Assembly (NCBI GenBank): GCA_002269645.1
Contig: NIVC01000169.1
Location: 248,001-312,000 of the forward strand
Source: Macrostomum lignano
Taxonomy: Eukaryota
Direction of reading: 5' to 3'
Length of the DNA: 64,000 nt
The position numbers and the translations under genes were made by a program. Below, piece by piece: positions 59,001-64,000 of the stretch (its first letter is position 1; every line of letters begins with the position of its first letter). The notes under the pieces are model-generated. The model searched no databases and was not told where the DNA came from. It saw only the letters and a program-made list of their open reading frames with translations.

Positions 59001-62000
59001 GGCGCCGCCCGCTGGCGGGGAGTCGCTGTTCAGCGAGCTGGGCGGCGATGCTCAGCAGCTGTTCGGCTGGCGCCAGGGAGTCGGCGACGGCGACAACTGT
59101 GTCGAGGAAGACGAAGAGGTGGAAGAGATCCTTGAGGAGGAGGGCGATACCGACGACGGTGTCGAAGTTGAGGAGGGCAGCGCTGGATTCGGCGCGGTCG
59201 CCTCGGCGCCAGCGGCACCCAGTCGGCCCAACACCCTGTACGCTGCGCCTGCCGGCCTCAGCGGGGCTGCCGCCGCGGGCGCCGGAGCCATTGAAGAATA
59301 CGACGACGACGACGTTGAAATCGACGACGAGGTCTACCTGCGGTCCACTCTGTCGGACCTGAGCTCGCCGCCCTACCTGCCGCACGATGACGAATACGAG
59401 TACGACTACGAGGGCGACTACGCTGTCGGCGCCGCGGGGGGTATCGGGCCGGTGGAGATGGACGAGATGCGCGGCGAGGTGCTGGAGGTGTACTACCAGC
59501 TGCGCGGCATGTGCGCCGATCTGGGACGGCGGCGCGGCGGCGGCGCCGGCGGCTCTCAGCCGGGCAAAACGCCGGACGAGTTGGCCATGGTTGAGATGGA
59601 CTTCCGGCTCGGCTCGCTGCGGCAGGTGCTGGGCGAGCTGCGTGGCCTCATCGGCGACATTGGCGGCTTGAGGGAGGGAGCGGCAGAGGTGAGATGAGGC
59701 GGAATCTCCTTCTCATTGAGACTGGATGTGCTGCTCATTGAGACTGGATGGGTTGCTCATTGAGACTGGATGTGTTGCTCATAGAGATTAGATGGGTTGC
59801 TCATTGAGATTGGATGAGTTGCTCATAGAGATTCAATATAAATGGCTCATAGAGATTCATTATAAATTTCTCATAGAGATCCAATATAAATTCCTCATAG
59901 AGATTCAATATGCTCATAGAGATCCAATATAAATTTCTCATAGAGATCCAATATAAATTTCTCATAGAGATTCATTATAAATTTCTCATAGAGATCCAAT
60001 ATAAATTCCTCATAGAGATTCAATATGCTCATAGAGATCCAATATAAATTTCTCATAGAGATCCAATATAAATTTCTCATAGAGATTCATTATAAATTTC
60101 TCATAGAGATCCAATATAAACTGCTCATAGAGATCCAATATAAATTGCTCATAGAGATTCAATACAAGTTGCTCATAGAGACCGGTGCAATTACAACAAT
60201 AGATAAAATGAATCACTGTTGCAAGCAAAATTGCAGTATCTCACCTGTTGGGTTCACCCGCTACACCTCTGGGCTGCAGACCGCCGCCTCCAGCCGGGTG
60301 CAGGCGCAGGTGGTGGAGAGTCTGCAGGAGCAGGTGCGCCAGAAAGATCGCGAGCTGGAGGCCAAATCCACCGAACTGCAGCGGCTCGGCCAGGAGGTGA
60401 GATTTGGGGATTTTATTGGAAGCAGTTCTAGAGTGATGACGAACCTGACCAGCTTCAGTGGGGTCAGCGAAAGCTTTTATCTATGCCTGGGATGCTGGCT
60501 TGGGCTGTAGCGAAGAAGCGTTCCCACAAGCATCCATTGAAGGGTGTCGAGATGCTCAGGTGTGTCCCTAAAATGGTAGGGTGATGCTCAGGTGTGTCCC
60601 TAGACTGGTAGGGTGATGCTCAGGTGTGTCCATAGAATGGTGGGGTGATGCTCAGGTGTGTCCATAGAATGGTGGGGTGATGCTAAGATGTGTCCATAGA
60701 ATGGTGGGGTGATGCTCAGGTGTGTCCCTAAAATGGTAGGGTGATGCTCAGGCGTGTCCCTAGATTAGTAGGGTGAATCTCAGAGTTGTCTACTCAAGGC
60801 TATAGAGATGCTCAGAGGTGCTCAGAGGTATATCTCAGTAAGCTAATTTTAACGATGTTTAGTTACGGCTCTAATATGGTATAATTTATGCTCGATTTCA
60901 GCTGCAACATGTTCAGGTACGCGCTGTTTAATTTGCTAATTTGCTGTTTTATTTCCTTTATTTATTCAGCATGTCTCGATTTAGCTGCCAATCATTAATT
61001 TTATGCACACTGCTACATTGCTAAATAGCAATTACTGAACATTTGTTGTGAAACGCTGTCAATTTATAAATCTAGCATGATTTGCAATTACAAGTTCTCT
61101 TACTGGCAAACCTGCACTGCCAATAATGTTTATTGTCTTCTAAGTTTAGCCAGTAAACCAATAGAATCTGCTTGTAACACAGACTTTTACCCTATGCCCT
61201 CAATGTACGCCCGATATCCAGGCCAAGCTTTTACGAGTATCACCCTCTGTCCTTAATGTACACCCGATATCCAACCCAAGCTTTTATCACCCTCTGCCCT
61301 CAATGTACGCCCGATATCCAGGCCCACCTTTTATCACCCTCTGCCCTCAATGTACGCCCGATATCCGGGCCAAGCTTTATCACTCTCTGCATTAGAAATT
61401 TTTGCTATTGAACTTTTTCCCACAGAGTGTATTAAACTATTACATTCAGAGAGATTTGAAACCTAAACCAATGCATAATTCTTTAATTACCTGATTTTTT
61501 AATTCTGCATAATTTCAGCTAAACATCCAGCAGCAGGAGAGCCTCATACTTCAGGACAGCGCAGACGCTGGAGCGCAGCACGAACTTCAAGAGGCTGCTC
61601 AGAGGTGAGTTACTGATCTTACATGCGATATGAAGTCTCATAATCCCCTACACGTGCAGTTTTTATTGTAAGAATGAGACTTCGATTTAGCAAAATTTAG
61701 CGTGACCGCGAATGGACTCGAAAAGGTTACCGTCAGGTTACCGTCAGGTTACCGTCAGGTTACCGTCAGGTTACCGTCAGGTTACCGTCAGGTTACCGTC
61801 AGGTTACCGTCAGGTTACCGTCAGGTTACCGTCAGGTTACCGTCAGGTTACCGTCAGGTTACCGTCAGGTTACCGTCAGGTTACCGTCAGGTTACCGTCA
61901 GGTTACCGTCAGGTTACCGTCAGGTTACCGTCAGGTTACCGTCAGGTTACCGTCAGGTTACCGTCAGGTTACCGTCAGGTTACCGTCAGGTTACCGTCAG

Positions 62001-62540
62001 GTTACCGTCAGGTTACCGTCAGGTTACCGTCAGGTTACCGTCAGGTTACCGTCAGGTTACCGTCAGGTTACCGTCAGGTTACCGTCAGGTTACCGTCAGG
62101 TTACCGTCAGGTTACCGTCAGGTTACCGTCAGGTTACCGTCAGGTTACCGTCAGGTTACCGTCAGGTTACCGTCAGGTTACCGTCAGGTTACCGTCAGGT
62201 TACCGTCAACCCATGACGGGCTGACCTTCTGTTTCCTAACCGCCCAGACTGGTGACCCGTTAAAAGTCCTGACTGTACACCTCGGACCCGCGTCATCCGC
62301 AGACGCAGCGGTCTGCAGGAGCAGCTGGCCAGGATGAACGCCGAGGTCGCCAGGTTGAACGGTGAGCTGAACCGGACGGCCGAGGAGCGCGGCGAGTTGT
62401 CCGACCAGATCGGACTCTGGTCGGACGCGGCCGGTCTGTGCTCTCTGGCCGAGCCTGAGTCCTCCGATCTCAGCCAATCGCTGGCCAGCGCGGCCAGGTC
62501 CTCGCCGGCCAATCACAACGGGCCACCGGCTAAGAAATGA
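55972..62540 (+). CDS. BICDL1: BICD family-like cargo adaptor (BICDL1/BICDR-1/CCDC64-like), 6 exons, about 701 aa
   Basis: Exons 55972-56517, 57398-57796, 58969-59688, 60280-60396, 61519-61604, 62303-62540 (2106 nt, phases consistent). CC1 box EQDLMLAAQLGRALL, long coiled coils, an SLFSEL motif, and a C-terminal segment resembling the BICDL Rab-binding coil (LSDQIGLWSD). Confidence 0.82.
56685..57120 (+). repeat. 17-bp minisatellite (ggggtgcttgctatctg), BICDL1 intron 1
   Basis: Direct reading. Confidence 0.92.
57970..58885 (+). repeat. 20-bp minisatellite (cagtttagttttgactctac), BICDL1 intron 2
   Basis: Direct reading, about 45 units. Confidence 0.93.
59715..60185 (+). repeat. 24-bp minisatellite (ctcatagagatccaatataaattt), BICDL1 intron 3
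   Basis: Direct reading. Confidence 0.9.
60555..60780 (+). repeat. 32-bp minisatellite (gatgctcaggtgtgtccatagaatggtggggt), BICDL1 intron 4
   Basis: About 7 units. Confidence 0.85.
61190..61390 (+). repeat. About 45-55-bp tandem repeat (accctctgccctcaatgtacgcccgatatccagg...), BICDL1 intron 4
   Basis: About 4 degenerate units. Confidence 0.75.
61724..62208 (+). repeat. Perfect 11-bp minisatellite (aggttaccgtc), BICDL1 intron 5
   Basis: About 44 identical units. Confidence 0.95.
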
Positions 62541-62689
62541 AAGCAACTGCGTGTGGAAGGGAAATCTTAGACTCTTCTTCCGTACTTTCTGCAACAAGCT
62601 GCTTCTAGTAGGACTTCTTTACTAAGAAAAACTTTTTAAGAACAATTTTTTAAACGAAAATCTGTTAATTTTTGCCCATTTATAATATC

Positions 62690-64000
62690 TCTAGATGTGA
62701 GATTTTCACAAATCTCTAGACATAAGATTTCCATAACTCTCTAGACATGAGACTTTAAACAAATCTCTAGACCATGAGATTCAACAATTCTCTAGACATG
62801 AGATTCAACAATTCTCTAGACATGAGATTCAACAATTCTCTAGACATGAGATTCAACAATTCTCTAGACATGAGATTCAACAATTCTCTAGACATGAGAT
62901 TTACCAATTCTTTAGACATGAGATTCAACAATTCTCTAGACATGAGATTCAACAATTCTCTAGACATGAGATTTCCATAACTCTCTAGACATGAGATTCA
63001 ACAAATCTCTAGATATGAGATTTCCATAACTCTCTAGACATGAGATTCAACAAATCCCTAGATATGAGATTTCCATAACTCTCTAGACATGAGACTTCCA
63101 TAACTCTCTAGACATGAGATTCAACAAATCTCTTAGACATGAGATTCAACAATTCTCTAGACATGAGATTTACCAATTCTTTAGACATGAGATTCAACAA
63201 TTCTCTAGACATGAGATTCAACAATTCTCTAGACATGAGATTTCCATAACTCTCTAGACATGAGATTCAACAAATCCCTAGATATGAGATTTCCATAACT
63301 CTCTAGACATGAAATTTCCATAACTCTCTAGACATGAGATTTCCATAACTCTCTAGACATGAGATTTCCATAACTCTCTAGACATGAGATTCAACAAATC
63401 TCTAGACATGAGATTCAACAATTCTCTAGACATGAAATTTCCATAACTCTCTAGACATGAGATTTCCATAACTCTCTAGACATGAGATTTCCATAACTCT
63501 CTAGACATGAGATTCAACAATTCTCTAGACATGAAATTTCCATAACTCTCTAGACATGAGATTTCCATAACTCTCTAGACATGAGATTTCCATAACTCTC
63601 TAGACATGAGACTTCCATAACTCTCTAGACATGAGACTTCCATAACTCTCTAGACATGAGATTCAACAAATCTCTTAGACATGAGATTCAACAATTCTCT
63701 AGACATGAAATTTCCATAACTCTCTAGACATGAGATTTCCATAACTCTCTAGACATGAGATTTCCATAACTCTCTAGACATGAGATTCAACAAATCTCTA
63801 GACATGAGATTCAACAAATCTCTAGACATGAGATTCAACAAATCTCTAGACATGAGATTCAACAAATCTCTAGACATGAGATTCAACAAATCTCTAGACA
63901 TGAGATTCAACAAATCCCTAGATATGAGATTTCCATAACTCTCTAGACATGAGATTCAACAAATCCCTAGATATGAGATTTCCATAGCTCTCTAGATATG
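62690..64000 (+). repeat. 24-bp satellite (ctctagacatgagattcaacaatt / ...gagatttccataac), runs off the window end
   Basis: Direct reading. Two interspersed unit variants. Confidence 0.93.

Noticed and set aside
61702-62337. VTVRLPSGYRQ-repeat ORFs
   Set aside because: They derive from the 11-bp array inside BICDL1 intron 5.

Overview
Eukaryotic (animal) genomic DNA, not prokaryotic. It has GC-rich spliced exons, AT-rich intergenic DNA and an extreme load of intronic mini- and microsatellites. This style suggests a free-living flatworm such as Macrostomum, but that is inference and is not proven here. Eight protein-coding genes were reconstructed by hand with GT-AG junctions; reading phase is continuous across all junctions of the six multi-exon models. 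They are: the 3' end of a neutral ceramidase, ANKEF1, a single-exon TM+Sel1-repeat protein, SNX13, a two-exon Ser-rich orphan, an SLC6 Na+/Cl- neurotransmitter/amino-acid transporter, a motif-divergent rhodopsin-like GPCR and a BICDL1-like dynein adaptor. Mobile DNA comprises an abundant tRNA-derived SINE family (about 8 copies or fragments), one CORE/MIR-like SINE, two back-to-back TA-flanked MITE-like foldbacks and a non-autonomous CACTA/EnSpm-like element. About 30 tandem arrays produce most of the long ORFs in the ORF track, which are artefacts. There is no CRISPR array, rRNA or bona fide tRNA. I see no clearly new multi-gene system. The most unusual signals are splice-site-containing minisatellites, the SINE/microsatellite tandem cassette, the CORE-SINE and the atypical GPCR. 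Repeat boundaries are approximate.
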